This document shows positions 1 to 12,773 of a stretch of DNA of 50,013 bases, in pieces; position 1 is the stretch's first letter, and every line of letters starts with the position of its first letter. The notes under the pieces were generated by a model that did no database searches, was not told where the DNA came from, and saw only the letters and a list, made by a program, of their open reading frames with translations. A program made the translations under genes and the position numbers. The stretch covers positions 489,628-539,640 of the forward strand of contig NMRA01000302.1 of NCBI GenBank assembly GCA_002633005.1, read 5' to 3'. Source of the DNA: Phoronis australis (Eukaryota > Animalia > Phoronida).

Positions 1-1033
1 CATCTTTGAAAAGAAGAACCAACACTTGTCGGGAACGGTCTTGTGCGTCGACAGAGCACATTTCTTATTGGGAAAGCCAGATTTTCAAAAATTAATCGCG
101 CAGACCATTTGAGTCTCATTTACCTGCAATTGTACTGCTATCAAATGAACGAGCCAGCAATGATGATACTACGACCACTCATCGAAATAATGTACACTCA
201 CGAAATTCGGTCACTAGCGGAAACCCAAATTTGGAGGTCCGCCAAATTCGGACACCACAGAAATGATGTTTCGCGAGATTCGTCCAAGAATGAATTTTTT
301 CTATTGGAATTAATTTTCAGTGTCCGAAAATCACGCGACTTTACCGTAAAATCTCTGCAGGTTAACTAACAAGTTTAAGGTTATGTAGGACCTCAATAAA
401 CAAGCTCAACTCCAAGTCAAATTTAAAAAAATTATGCCTTGTCAACCATTAAAAGTATGGCTTGCATTTTCTGAAAGGAGACAGATTGAGGATTCTAAAA
501 ATATGCTTCTTACTACTGTGTCTTTGTCATATGACAACGTTTTTAAGTCAAATTTTCATGTGCAAGAAAGGTACATTCATAGCAAAATAACCCCTAGCCG
601 ATTTTACTAAAGCTTTTTTTAAATAAACGTTGTGTCTCAAAAACCCTGTTAGGAATTTTCCATTATTCACTTTGGGTTTTATGCCAAATTAACTCACAAA
701 ACACATGGCATTTTTGTAAAAAACAGCGGTCTTATTGGTATATCACCTGGTACGCAAAAACTAGGTATTTCAAAACAAATTCCTACCAGCATTTATAAGA
801 TACAAGGTAAAGTTTTCATTTAAAAAAATTCCAGTTTTGGGATGAATTTTAGACTTAATTTTAAGTTCACCAGTGTTGTCTTTTGCTTGGAAGTGTTTGA
901 AGAAACAAGTGCACCTCATGTTGCTGCTATTTTAGATGTACACTATAAATATTTTGCATGTTTATACATGTACTTTGAATACAGTGTACTGTAGTCATTC
1001 ATTAATTCCAATCTCTCTGAATAATTGTTTCAG

Positions 1034-1129
1034 GGTGGTCGGTCTTTCCAGCCCAACTTCTTGTTTTCCTGGCCGTCTGCTCAAATCTGTATGTCTCCAC
1101 CTGATCTCATGGCAAGACAAATTATACAA
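1034..1129 (+). CDS. MCCC2: MCCC2-like carboxyltransferase, internal coding exon (gene begins upstream of window)
   Basis: tttcag acceptor and GTAAG donor enclose 96 nt (phase 0/0) encoding GGRSFQPNFLFSWPSAQICMSPPDLMARQIIQ, which resembles the MCC-beta 'CGRAYxPRFLxxWPxAxIxVM' segment. Not shown in the ORF track. Probably a divergent paralog rather than the canonical ortholog. Confidence 0.85.
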
Positions 1130-2161
1130 GTAAGCACAGCAATCAATTGCCTTGTTACAGCAATCTGAAATGCATTGTAACTTTTTCCCTTAATCCTATC
1201 TTGAACGGTAACACCTGTAAATTTGGTTCCGACAGTATGTTGAGAGCGTCGCTCTGAGCCCACTATTGCCAGAAACTGCTAAATGTAACGAATTGTTAAG
1301 CATATTGGCATGCTTTTGTCGATGTCACCGTGAGAATCACCTTTTTATTCAAACAGCTGCAAATAACACCCACATACTTATTGAATACAAATGTTATCGG
1401 CCTATTTTGTTTGCGCTGGAATCTCGCAGTGACGCAACATGGCACGAAAAGGCAGCTTCACCTAGCATTTGACGGGCTTACATTTGCATGATTGAACTCA
1501 TGTTTTCTTATTGTACTAAGGCTTTGCTAGGACTATGTAGCTAGCCCTGTACATCTAAAATAACAAAGCTCTGTTGAAGTTAGGCTTTAATGAATATAAC
1601 TCCTGTTGTTAGTGCTGGTAGTTTTAGTAGTTGAATTGTTTCTAGTAGAGTATAATGTGCCTTTTAAAACTACACACTGTGTAACGTTAATGTTCATGAT
1701 GTTTCTGGAAGGAAAAGTGGAAGATGCATTTTGCCATGTTTAGCTGGCTAAAAAACAAACATCGAATTTGACCAAACCTAAAATTCTTAATTTGAAAATG
1801 GTGCACGTCATTTCAGACGTGTTTCGCAAGTCATTTTTGATGTCGTCTGTCACTGTAGATCAGTATGGAGCAGACGTTATAACAATTCAATGCTCATACA
1901 GCTTCTCCATCTGTTTGTAGAAAATATGAATGGATTGTCCTCTGAAGAGTGCTAAGGGGTCCTTCATTTATTCAGATCAAGATTGGATATTTTGATTTGG
2001 TGGCCTCAAAATTATCCATCATAAGGCCAAAAAAGAATTCTTGGTACTACTGCTAGTCTGTACCTTGACTGATTTGGAAAGCTGTGCCTTAGTATTTATT
2101 AAAAGTACCCGCTCATAGTTAAGGTATTTCGGCCTAATAGTCAGGGTTGTTTTTCTTTCAG

Positions 2162-2302
2162 AAAAATAGTGCGGAAACGAATGCTGATTTTGACACAAAG
2201 GTTGCTGAGCTTGGTGAAAAGCTCTCGGCAAAATCATCTGCATTTTATTCATCTTCGCGACTGTGGGATGATGGCGTAGTCCTGCCACAAGACACTCGGA
2301 AA
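2162..2302 (+). CDS. MCCC2: MCCC2-like penultimate exon, copy A
   Basis: ttttctttcag acceptor, GTAAG donor, 141 nt, phase 0. Encodes KNSAETNADFDTKVAELGEKLSAKSSAFYSSSRLWDDGVVLPQDTRK, matching the MCC-beta 'YSSARLWDDGxIxPxDTR' motif. Confidence 0.75.
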
Positions 2303-3006
2303 GTAAGAACTATGTTTTGTCATCTCATTTGAAGTTCCAAATAATACACACGCTTTCTATTGCGAACCACTTTTATTAAATTTTCAATGGCACCACTCAC
2401 TGCTATAATTTTTTCTCAGATTCAATTTACAGTGCGCGATGAAAGTAATCAGACAGAGCACGGTTTCCTCGTCATGAATACTAACTGCAAAAATNGAGTA
2501 TAATGTGCCTTTTAAAACTACACACTGTGTAACGTTAATGTTCATGATGTTTCTGGAAGGAAAAGTGGAAGATGCATTTTGCCATGTTTAGCTGGCTAAA
2601 AAACAAACATCGAATTTGACCAAACCTAAAATTCTTAATTTGAAAATGGTCCATGTCATTTCACAAGTGTTTCGCAATTCATTTTTGATGTCGTCTGTCA
2701 CTGTAGATCAGTATGAAACAGACATTCCCACAATTCAATGCTCATACAGCTGCTCCATCTGTTTGTAGAAAATATCAATGGATTGTCTTCTGAAGAGTGC
2801 TAAGGGGTCCGTCAGTTATTCAGATTAAGATTGGAAATTTTGACTTGGTGGCCTCAAAATTATCTATCATAAGGCCTAAAAAGAATTCTTGGTACTACTT
2901 CTAGTCTGTACATTGACTCATTTGGAAAGCTGTGCCTTGGTACTTATTAAAGTACCCGCTCATAGTTAAGTTTTTTTGGCCTAATAGTCAGGGTTTTTTC
3001 TTTCAG

Positions 3007-3147
3007 AAAAATAGTGCGGAAACGAATGCTGATTTTGACAAAAAGGTTGCTGAGCTTGGTGAAAAGCTCTCGGCAAAATCATCTGCATTTTATTCATCTT
3101 CGCGACTGTGGGACGATGGCGTAGTCCTGCCACAAGACACTCGGAAA
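3007..3147 (+). CDS. MCCC2: MCCC2-like penultimate exon, copy B
   Basis: Same splice sites and peptide as 2162-2302 except T->K (FDKKVAE). Confidence 0.75.
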
Positions 3148-3772
3148 GTAAGAACTATGTTTTGTCATCTCATTTGAAGTTCCAAATAATACACATGCTT
3201 TCTATTGCGAACCACTTTTATTAAATTTTCAATGGCACCACTCACTGCTATAATTTTTTCTCAGATTCAATTTACAGTGCGCGATGAAAGTAATCAGACA
3301 GAGCACGGTTTCCTCGTCATGACTACTAACTGCAAAAATTACTGGTAATGCCTGGTATGGCAGCAAAACTGTAATTACGGGATGCCTTAACCACCTCTCT
3401 AACTTTCCCGTTTGTTCCCCTTTCTTCTCGGCCATCAGGGGAGATTACTCTGACAGTGAAGTCGACTTTCATCCAGCTGTAATGAGTGAGAATTTCGAGA
3501 CGTTTTGAATACTTTTAGCATGTACGGTTGTGCTGAAAGCAGTGTGAAATTGGAGTGTTCTGCCTTTTGTTACCAAATAATTCCAGTCTTTTGTGGTGTC
3601 ATCATATTGTACTGGGAATATAATGTGCATAAAATTGTTAAATCTTACATGAAATTTGTATTTTGAATTCACTTGTCTACCAGTACTTGAACTAATGTGA
3701 ATTTACTGGCTAAAAATGATAAGGACAAAATTGTGTTGCAAGAATCTTATGAGTCCTTGTTTATTGTTGCAG

Positions 3773-3850
3773 GTTCTAGGACAGTGTTTAGAGATTGTCA
3801 CCCAGTCAAGTTTGGCTTCGGAGATGAAAACACCTTTCATGAGAATGTAG
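3773..3850 (+). CDS. MCCC2: MCCC2-like terminal coding exon
   Basis: ttgttgcag acceptor. Encodes VLGQCLEIVTQSSLASEMKTPFMRM-TAG, continuing 'DTRK|VLG' and ending in the family-typical ...RM* C-terminus. Confidence 0.85.
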   Translation, partial: VLGQCLEIVTQSSLASEMKTPFMRM

Positions 3851-4772
3851 TTTAGAGTATGGAACTCATTATATTATCAAGCACACGTGTTGGGGTACGC
3901 ATGCGTATTTGAAGGAAATCTTTTTTCCGTAATGCCAGTTGTGACAGATGTACAATCACAGTTCATTTCGATCAATTGTGAAAAATTGTGAATATTTAAT
4001 ACAGCAATTGCTAGGTGTCATTGGTATCTTTCAATGTATGAATCAACCTTTGTCTTTTGTATTTTCATGACCAGGAAAATTGTCTTTGAAAGGGTACTGG
4101 TTGATGTATTGATGAGAGTAAATAGCCTCAGTTTGAACAGCAGTGTTAACCTGCTCTGTATCACAAACATTGCTTGAAATGAGACCCCTTGAACTCCACT
4201 AAGGTCATATTTCAAGTGTAAACTGATGATTAGATATCTTTCTATTAGCAAAGCTTAATTTTTGCTTTTAGTGGAAAAATTAGTTGCGAGTGTGTATATA
4301 TGGCTGGCCATCTTTGAGGGTTTGACTTGTATAACGAGAAATAGGTCGATTGGATATGGTCCATAATGCTCGACAAATGGTTTTTAATCGCTAATGGCGC
4401 TGTTACAAGTGATTGTTTGTATATGCCTACTGAGTAATTAGTGAATCAGTGACCAGACGCTGGATGACAGTTTAGTTGAGCCCACTGGAATAATTATGGT
4501 AGGTAAATGGGTTCACCCAAACTTTATGAATGAAGATCATCCTTATTAATATATAGAGTTTTTGTAATCATTTCTTCACTCATTTTTATGCGCCCACACA
4601 GGCACACAGACACACATTTAATTATGTGGCGCATTATGACATCATCCTTGTCCGTAATGGCGTCCGTCCGTCCCATAGTGCTGTTTTTAAAAAACCTGGC
4701 GTGAGTTCAGTAGACGTTAGGCCCTACGCTGTTACCTAGCTAAAACCCAGTCAAAGTCACGTGTTCTCATTA

Positions 4773-6160
4773 ACGTACCCCCATGTTTAGAAATGCCATG
4801 AAATTAAAATATCACTTGGTAAGTGAGCAACACTGGTCGTAGACAGTTTCATTTGTTTTGATTGATATATTAGCATTTGTGTAGTGTACATACCCCTATA
4901 TTTTAATTTGTGTCTATTTTCAAAGTACGGCAGATATGCACATGAATGCTGTGCTTTTTATTTGTTCTCTTTGAATTGATTTAGTAAATCAACTAACTCT
5001 CAGTAGGTTCTTAGTATTTAGTTAAAAACCTGACATGTCATTGAAATGTAGTGTACGTACCCCGGTGGTGTACGCAACCGCGTACCCCGATGTGAACAAA
5101 TGCCGTGAAACAAAAATATTACACGGTAAGTAAACAACATTTGTCACAGACAGTTTCCTTCATTCAAAATGCTAGGTAAAAAGGGTGTTAATTACAAATA
5201 CATTTGTTTTGAGTGAAATATTTGCATTTGTGTAGTGTACGTACCCCTATATTTTAACATGTGCCTGTTTTCAAAGAATGACAGACAGATATGCGCATGT
5301 ATGCGGTACTTTTTATTTCTTCTCTTTGAATAGATTTGGTAAGTGAACTAGCTCTCATTAGATTCTAAGTATTTTTATATACATGACAAATCATTGAAAT
5401 GTAGTGTACGTACCCCTGCGAAGTGTACGTACCTTCAATCGCTATGCTATAAAGTATTGCCCACAAGTATGTTTACATACTGCTGTTCTCATGAACAATA
5501 CTGATATTTCCAAAATGAATCCAGTCTGACAAAAAAAACAATGGACATTATCAAATTTTTGGACAATCAAATGCCACACAGGACTTGGCTAGTGCTTAAC
5601 ATCCTAGAAGACACGTCATGTGACAACTGATGTTGCAGAGGCAGGTTCTCTATCTCTCAAGACAACTTGCAACAAACCAACAAGTAGAGGCAGCACAAAA
5701 CTCGAGACCATTCCATACATATGTAACTTAGTTAAAATTTGAAGTTGATTGACTGTGCGTGGTGTACGTAGGCCTACCCCCCAACCAGTACCATTTCTTA
5801 CTGTTTACAAGTGGAACACTGGGTCTTGCATTGCTTTAACTATTTTAACCAACTGGTGAATGTATTGAAAGATTCAGAAAACTAAACAAATAGCACCAAT
5901 AAAGCTTTTGAAAAAAGTAGTTACTTGTCATTTTCTTTTTATAAGAATCGCATTGCTAGAGAGGAAGTTCTCATTATACTGTGTTAAGATATGCAATGTA
6001 ACATCATCTAGATCAACTTGATCAGCACGGTAATAACTTTTCTTACTTTAGTATGTGATACTTCTTCAATTTGATCAAGAACTTGTTAAATTAATAGCTA
6101 CATTATGAATTTTTGCATGGTAGAAGTTGGCTGTGACCACAAGTTGTAGTGTACGTACCC
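4773..6160. repeat. Degenerate repeat region: ~300-350-bp tandem pair (4773-5062 / 5081-5416) plus dispersed GTGTACGTACCC motifs; probable non-autonomous DNA transposon interior
   Basis: The (t)gtagtgtacgtaccc motif recurs near 4881, 5047, 5231, 5400, 5422, 5762 and 6145, and the two blocks align along their length. Confidence 0.6.
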
Positions 6161-6910
6161 TTTCGTACAACTGTGATGCATTAGGCCGTAAAATTTTTTT
6201 CGGTGGTTCTTGTGCAAAAATATTTCAGATTACAAACCAGGAATGATGGTACTTTAAAATAACCCAGCTTTTACAGTTATATGACAACCTTTATTTTTCA
6301 CCAAAAGTGGCCACCGAATATGGACCTTGATTGTGATTTGCCCGTATAACAGGGTCATCTCGATCCAGATACCAAAGATGTAGCAAAAGCAATGGCGGAG
6401 ACACCGCAACTGCTAGCATCCTCTTGTGGCCTAACATTAGTAACGTTCACCTTCACTGACTGACATGGATCAAGTCTAAACTGGAGTTAAAAGGTTTTAC
6501 TAGACCACTGGTGTAAAAGTTATACCACCTTTATGAAATGCAAATTATCTTTAAAGCTGGTCTAAGTCCAGTTCAAACCAGGTTTAACTTTAAACCACCT
6601 TTATGAAATCGGCTGTTGATGTCTTATTGTTTCATGATAACCTCATGATGTCTAATGAATAAACCCGAAACCGTCATTAGAAAATTATGTCGAATCTTAT
6701 GTTTGAAAAAATGCAATCAAATGATGACAACGAACGTCCTTGCAATTTTTCATGCACAAAATCTCATTCTTTCGTCATCAAAAATAGTGGGTCCACTATT
6801 AACATTTGTCCAAGGTGATAAAGTAGCCAAAGGCACGGAAATCTCGTACGAAGTATGTTTAAAAGGGTGGTGGCGAATCTAGACTTGTTGGGGTTGTTAA
6901 TGTGTGAGAG

Positions 6911-8613
6911 TTGTAATTACTCTGCGCGTGTAAGCGCAGAGTACTGTTGTTCCTGGGTTTTCTTCAATTTTATTCTTATTCTTATTCTTATTCTTCTTCT
7001 TATTCTTCTTCCGACCAACTTTGAGGCTTAATAACTCCAAATTGGGTGCAGGTACGGTCTTTAAATTCAGCATATGACTTTTGACAGTATATAAATTTTG
7101 ATTGGTTATATAATCATATTCCATATTGCACCGGAAGAGGTCGTTTGGTGCAAAGGTCATATAATTTTCAAAATGCTACTCCTCCTTCAGTTTTAAAGCT
7201 ATCTTTTTCAAATTCGGTGCACAGGTATAAGTCAACATGACAATTTAAAAAATTACTTTTCTAAGTAATCGGGTCATCCAATCAGGTGAAATAGGTCAAA
7301 GGTCATTAGGTGCAAACTAAAATTTTGAGCTAGACACTTCAAATTGACAGGTCTGATTGCCACAGGTAAATCAAATCGGAATCCAAAGTTTCAGGTCATT
7401 TAGTGCAAACATGGGGTCATTAGGTGCATTTTTCTTCTGAAAATTTGACCTTTTCAATCAGCAAGTATTCAGATGTGTCAACCGTTAGGCAACTGTGATT
7501 CTCAGCGTTAAACACATTTTCCATGGGCTTTGTTATAATTCTCCTAAAGATGCTTAAAATGCACCGGATAAGGTCAATTAGTGCAAAGGTCATGTAACGT
7601 TCAAAATGTTATATCTCTTACGTTTTTCAAAGAATTCTTTTCAATTTCAGCGCACAGGTATAAGTCAACATGACAATTTAAAAAATTACTTTTCTAAGCA
7701 ATTGGGTCATCCAATCAGGTTAAACAGGTCAAAGGTCATTAGGTGCAAACTAAAATTTTGAGCTAGACACTTCAAATTCACAGTTCTGATTGGCACAGAT
7801 AATTCAATTTGGAATCCAAAGTTTCAGGTCATTTAGTGCAAACATGGGGTCATTAGGTGCATTTTTCTTCTGAAAATTTGACCTTTTCATTCTCCAAGTA
7901 CACTGATGTGTCAACCGTTAGACAACTGTGATTCTCAGCATTAAACACATTTTTCATGGGCTTTGCAATAATTCTCCTAAAGACGCTTATAATGCACCGG
8001 ATAGGGTCAATTAGTGCAAAGGTCAGTTAACGTTCAAAATGTTAAATCTCTTACGTTTTTCAAGGAATTCTTTTCAATTTCAGCACACTAGTGTATGTCA
8101 ACATGCCAATTGAACAACCTACTTAACTACGCAATAGGCCTAACCAATCAGAAAAAATAGGTCAAAGGTCATTGAGTGCAAAATTAAAATTTTGAGCTAG
8201 AGACTTCAAAATTACATATCTGTTTACTAAACGCGATTGAGTTTGAATTCTAAATTTTTGGGTCATTTGGTGCATCCATGGGGTCATTAGGTGCATTTTT
8301 CTTCTGAAAGTTTGACCAATTCATTCATGTTGTATTCTTAAGTGCTTAAAGCAAAACATCTGTGATTCTTAGCATTAACTATACTTTAAATTGGTTGTAC
8401 AATTATTCCCTCACTGGGGTTCATAATGCACCGGAAGAGGTCAGTTAGTGGAAAGGTCATCAAAACATTAACATGTAATTACTCCTACAATTTTAAAGAA
8501 TTTCTTTTCATATTGGTTAACGGGGTTGCTGTCAGTAACTTCCCATAACAATTCCTTTAATACCCACGCGCAGAGTCCATTATTGTCACGCCGTGACAAT
8601 AATCTTTCTAGTT
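6911..8613 (+). mobile_element. Helentron-associated interspersed element (HINE/DINE-1-like), full length, 3 internal ~433-bp units
   Basis: 5' subTIR actctgcgcgtg (6919-6930) with adjacent inverted copy gcgcagagt, then a (TTATTC/TTC)n microsatellite at ~6970-7010. Tandem units start ~7127, 7559, 7992 (partial at 8426). 3' subTIR cacgcgcagagt (8565-8576), hairpin attattgtcacg-c-cgtgacaataat (8579-8603), CTAG-TT end. Confidence 0.85.
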
Positions 8614-8657
8614 CACTTTTAACATTGTAAGAATTTCTAGAAGAAATCGTCAGATTC

Positions 8658-11146
8658 ACTATTTTCGAAACACAGACGAAATAAAAACTTCCATCCCAAG
8701 TAAGGCAGTCTTCAAATTTTCCGCCCCTAATAAATTATTCGCGCATGCGCTCAATGAAGTCGGACTGCCGGACTACTGCTTGAATTTGTCATTGTTTTGT
8801 TTACATCAAAGGTCACAAAAACAAAACAGCAGAAAGTAAGTTTGATGTCTACTGCTTTGGTATACTTGCTAGCATATAGTACGGTAAAGTGCAGACATTT
8901 TCAAATTTTGAATTGAAAGTGATTGTCCAATATGTTGTTCATTCAGTGTCCACTTTGATTGTGGATTGGTGGATTGACACGCGTGCCCGTGTAGACGAGT
9001 GTGCATTTCCGTTCTTTTAATTCAGTACATGCCGACGGTAAGTTCACTACTATAGGCAGTCTTCCGTCGTCGCTAAAAAACAGGCATTTTCAAACTACCG
9101 TAGTTTCTTGCACTGAGCGGTCTCGGTCGATACGCGTCGTTAGTAATGTTTCGTGGGATATTACTTCATGTACGCCATTCTCGGTACGTTTTGTGTATAA
9201 GATCTTGTCAATCAATGTCAATGGTGCACAGCCTCCCAGACTTAATTCATACGAGCAACAAACTTGATGGAAAAGATTTCCAAGGTTACATGTCACTATT
9301 CCGAAGGTTCACTAGGTTCGCTACTCTGAAGGTTTAATACTCCGAAGATTCGCTATCTTCGAAAGTTCTTCGAATGTCTACAATTCCGACAGTTCACTGC
9401 TCTGATTGTCTGGTAATGAGCGGAACTGACATGAATAAAGTATTGTATTTGTGTCTATTTAGTAATCATTTAAAAGATGTTCAAGAGTTGAATAGTTCAT
9501 AAAACAATTTGATGCATTGTTTACAAATTAATGAGCTCCGTTCATGTCACTACCAGTCGTGATTCTTGAATCAAAGTAACTCATTCTCAAACAGGGACAA
9601 CATCTGGGGTACGGGTCAGGGCTGCGGCGAACAACGGCAGTTTTAAATTTAAGATTGTATGTGACTCTCTTACTTGGTGGACACTGGCGGAGTCAGGGAT
9701 GCTAACTACATTTAGTTTCGACCCGGCCGTGCGCGTGGTTGTGGTAGGTGAGTTTGAGGAGCAGCGGCCCTAAACTTTTCAGTCGCGCTGTGAAATGATG
9801 CGATCTTCACATGGATTTGATGAATGTATCGAGGTTGATAATTCATTAATATTAATACTGCATATTCTTTTAAAGTGCACGTACGTACTCACTTTTCTGT
9901 ATTCGTAAGACGGGGCAATTTCGCATGCACATGAAATCCACTGAAACAAAATGTTTTAGTACCCAGGGGTTGTTTTCGGTATAGGTAGACCACTCGGTGC
10001 ATCTAATAACCGAAGTATCGTTAATTTTGCATGTAGAAGTATATAGGCTAAATTGCACATGAATCCGAAATCTTAGATATTTTCGGAGTAGTGAACCCCC
10101 GGATTTGTCGGTGAACCTTCGAAGTATTGAACATTCAGAATAGTGAGTCTTAGGAGTAGTGGGCCTTCTAAATAGTGGGCTGTTCCCATGTAGGTAACTT
10201 AAATAACACGCAAAACTACAACGAGATAAAAAAATTCGTTAAGTCATTCTGCGACTAAACTATTTCCGTTCGAGTATGCAATAATTAGGTGTAATCACTG
10301 TTTTAAGCACGCCTAATTTGAAAGAAGTGTGGCAGGAGGTAACACGAGACCGTTCTCATTCTGGACCACGTTACATCCATTCTTTGCAAGCAACTGTCAC
10401 TGCATCCTTATTTCTGGTTTTTCGAATCCCGCCGTATGTATGAAACATAGAGTGGACTAGTTATTTGTGCAGATTTCTCTTCATCTAATCAATCTGCATC
10501 AAGGGCCTTACCGAAAACTCTGCAGTGTCGACGTTTGCAAAATATCAAAGGTCCGCCGTTTTAGAAATTCGAACCCCCCCCCCCCAACGCCCCATATCAA
10601 TTATCATGTGATGGCTTGACTATCTAATGGGGCTAAAAATGCAGCCCTCACACACCGGGTTCGATTTAAAGTGGCATAGAATGTGAAAAACGGACTAAAT
10701 TGCATCATTCAAAGTGACTCACTGCCAGTGAAACAGAAGCCAAACTGTTAATTTACGGTTTGTTGTTAAAAACTTTGAATCCCTGTTGATGTCAAGGCAT
10801 TTTTCTTTTAATTTCAAATTCCAAAAATTCCTCGTGATTTAGTCGATTTTTCTCCCATAGGGTAAGGCACGTCTTCTTATCTGGTATGGCAAGACATAAA
10901 CGCAGCACATTTACCTAATATCAGGAAGAGATAACATGGTTATCTCTTCCTGCTAATATGGAAAATGTGACATTTGACATTTAATGTAAATAAAACAATG
11001 ACGATTTCAAGCAGCAGCCAGTCCGACCTTAGTCTGACCTTAGATTTTGAGGGCATGATGCGCGCATATAGATTATTAGGGGCGGAGAATTTGAAAACTG
11101 TATCAGGATGAATGACTTTAAATTTCGCCTGTGTTTCAAAAATAGA
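8658..11146. repeat. Diverged ~160-180-bp inverted repeat pair (8658-8818 and 10965-11146)
   Basis: The reverse complement of 8658-8818 matches 10965-11146 (tgtaaa.aaaacaatgac..ttcaagcag..cagtccgac..ttattaggggcgga.aatttgaa.actg..tgtgtttc.aaaatag). Confidence 0.75.
8815..10590 (+). mobile_element. 5'-truncated copy of the non-autonomous element at 21609-24797
   Basis: Colinear similarity to 22090-23535 and 24555-24775 (caaaaacaaaacagcag ... gggctgttcccat ... cagtgtcgacgtttgcaaaatatcaaagg ... ttcgaacc). Includes nested inverted cactattccgaagg / ccttcggagtagtg subrepeats at ~9290-10187. Confidence 0.75.
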
Positions 11147-11149
11147 TGT

Positions 11150-11502
11150 CTGAACAGGACCCCGAGGACACACCCCATTGGCGACTCAAACGCCGCCAGC
11201 ATATCGTTTCTGGGCGTTACGCGTCTATTTTCTTTTAAAATTGTGTTCGCCCTACCCCCTTCAGACTGCTTGGAATGCCCGCGGACCTTTGCCTTCCTAT
11301 ATGTTTGGTTGGGCCTTTCTGCGCCATCCAAGATTCACCACTGCAGACTCGAAGTAAAACCCCACTCGTGAATCAAAAAATTAGGCCTACATGTTTGTGA
11401 GTCAGGTTTTGCGGATTCAATGCACTTTTAAAATTCAGTGCTCAAGGTGATACGGTGGGCATTGGGCGCCTACTTACCTCTAATTTTACCACTACAGCAC
11501 TG
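11150..11502 (+). repeat. Dispersed repeat, second copy at 31436-31784
   Basis: Shared gaggacacac...ttctgggcgttacgc...gctcaaggtgatacggtgggcattgggcgcctact...ccactacagcactg. Confidence 0.8.
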
Positions 11503-11619
11503 TGCTACGTACCCTGTCAATGACGTTACCAGCATCAAATCTCAGCCCTATATTGTAGAATGGGATCAATTCTCACCTCAAACAATATAAACCATTTTGT
11601 AAAGTGCACATTAACATAG

Positions 11620-12773
11620 GGCTTAATAACTCCAAATTGGGTGCAGGTACGGTCTTTAAATTCAGCATATAACTTTGGACAGTATATAAATTTTGATTGG
11701 TTATATAATCGTATTCCATATTGCACCGGAAGAGGTCTTTTGGTGCAAAGGTCATGTAATTTTTGAAAATGCTACTCCTCCTTCAGTTTTAAAGCTATAT
11801 TTTTCAAATTCGGTGCACAGGTATAAGTCAACATAACAATTAAAAAAATTACTGTTCTAAGTAATCGGGTCATCCTATCAGGTGAAATAGGTCAAAGGTC
11901 ATTAGGTGCAAACTAAAATTTTGAGCTAGACACTTCAAATTGACAGGTCTGATTGCCACAGGTAAATCAAATCGGAATCCAAAGTTTCAGGTCATTTAGT
12001 GCAAACATGGGGTCATCAGGTGCATTTTTCTTCTGAAAATTTGACCTTTTCAATCAGCAAGTATTCTGATGTGTTAACCGTTAGACAACTGTGATTCTCA
12101 GCGTTAAACACATTTTCCATGGGCTTTGCAATAATTCTCCTAAAGATGCTTAAAATGCACCGGATAAGGTCAATTAGTGCAAAGGTCATGTAACGTTCAA
12201 AATGTTATATCTCTTACGTTTTTCAAGGAATTCTTTTCAATTTCAGCACACTGGTGTAAGTCAACATGCCAATTAAAGACCCTACTTTATTTCGCAATAG
12301 GCCTAACCAATCAGAAAAAATAGGTCAAAGGTCATTGAGTGCAAACAAAAATTTTGAGCTAGAGACTTCAGAATTACATATCTGTTTACTAAGTGCGAAT
12401 GAGTTTGAATTCTAAATATTCAGGTCATTTGGTGCACCCATGGGTCATTAGGTGCATTTTTCTTTTGAAAGTTTGACCACTTCATTCATCTTGTATTCTG
12501 AAGTGCTTAAAGAAAAACATCTGTGATTATTAGCATTAATCACACTTTTAATCGAGTTAACAATTACTCCCTCATCGGGGCTCATAATGCACCGTAAGAG
12601 GTCAATTAGTGGAAAGGTCATCAAAAAAGTAATATGTAATTTCTCCTACAATTTTAAAGAATTCCTTTTCATATTGGTAAACGGGTTGCTGTCAGTAACT
12701 TTCCATAATAATTCCAGTAATACGCACGCACAGAGTCCGTTATTGTCACGCCGTGACAATAATCTTTCTAGTT
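11620..12773 (+). mobile_element. HINE copy 2, 5'-truncated, 2 internal units
   Basis: Near-identical to the 6911-8613 family from ggcttaataactccaaattgg onward. Units start ~11721 and 12155 (partial 12587). Same 3' subTIR, hairpin and CTAGTT end. Confidence 0.85.

Larger units (their letters stand above)
1648..3339 (+). repeat. ~845-bp direct tandem duplication (1648-2494 / 2496-3339) containing one exon
   Basis: Both copies start gagtataatgtgcctttt and end ctaactgcaaaaat. They are highly similar with scattered substitutions and are separated by the single N at 2495. Confidence 0.95.

Noticed and set aside
43-369. 108-aa ORF
   Set aside because: GTG start, no recognisable motif, and it lies within an intron of the MCCC2-like gene.
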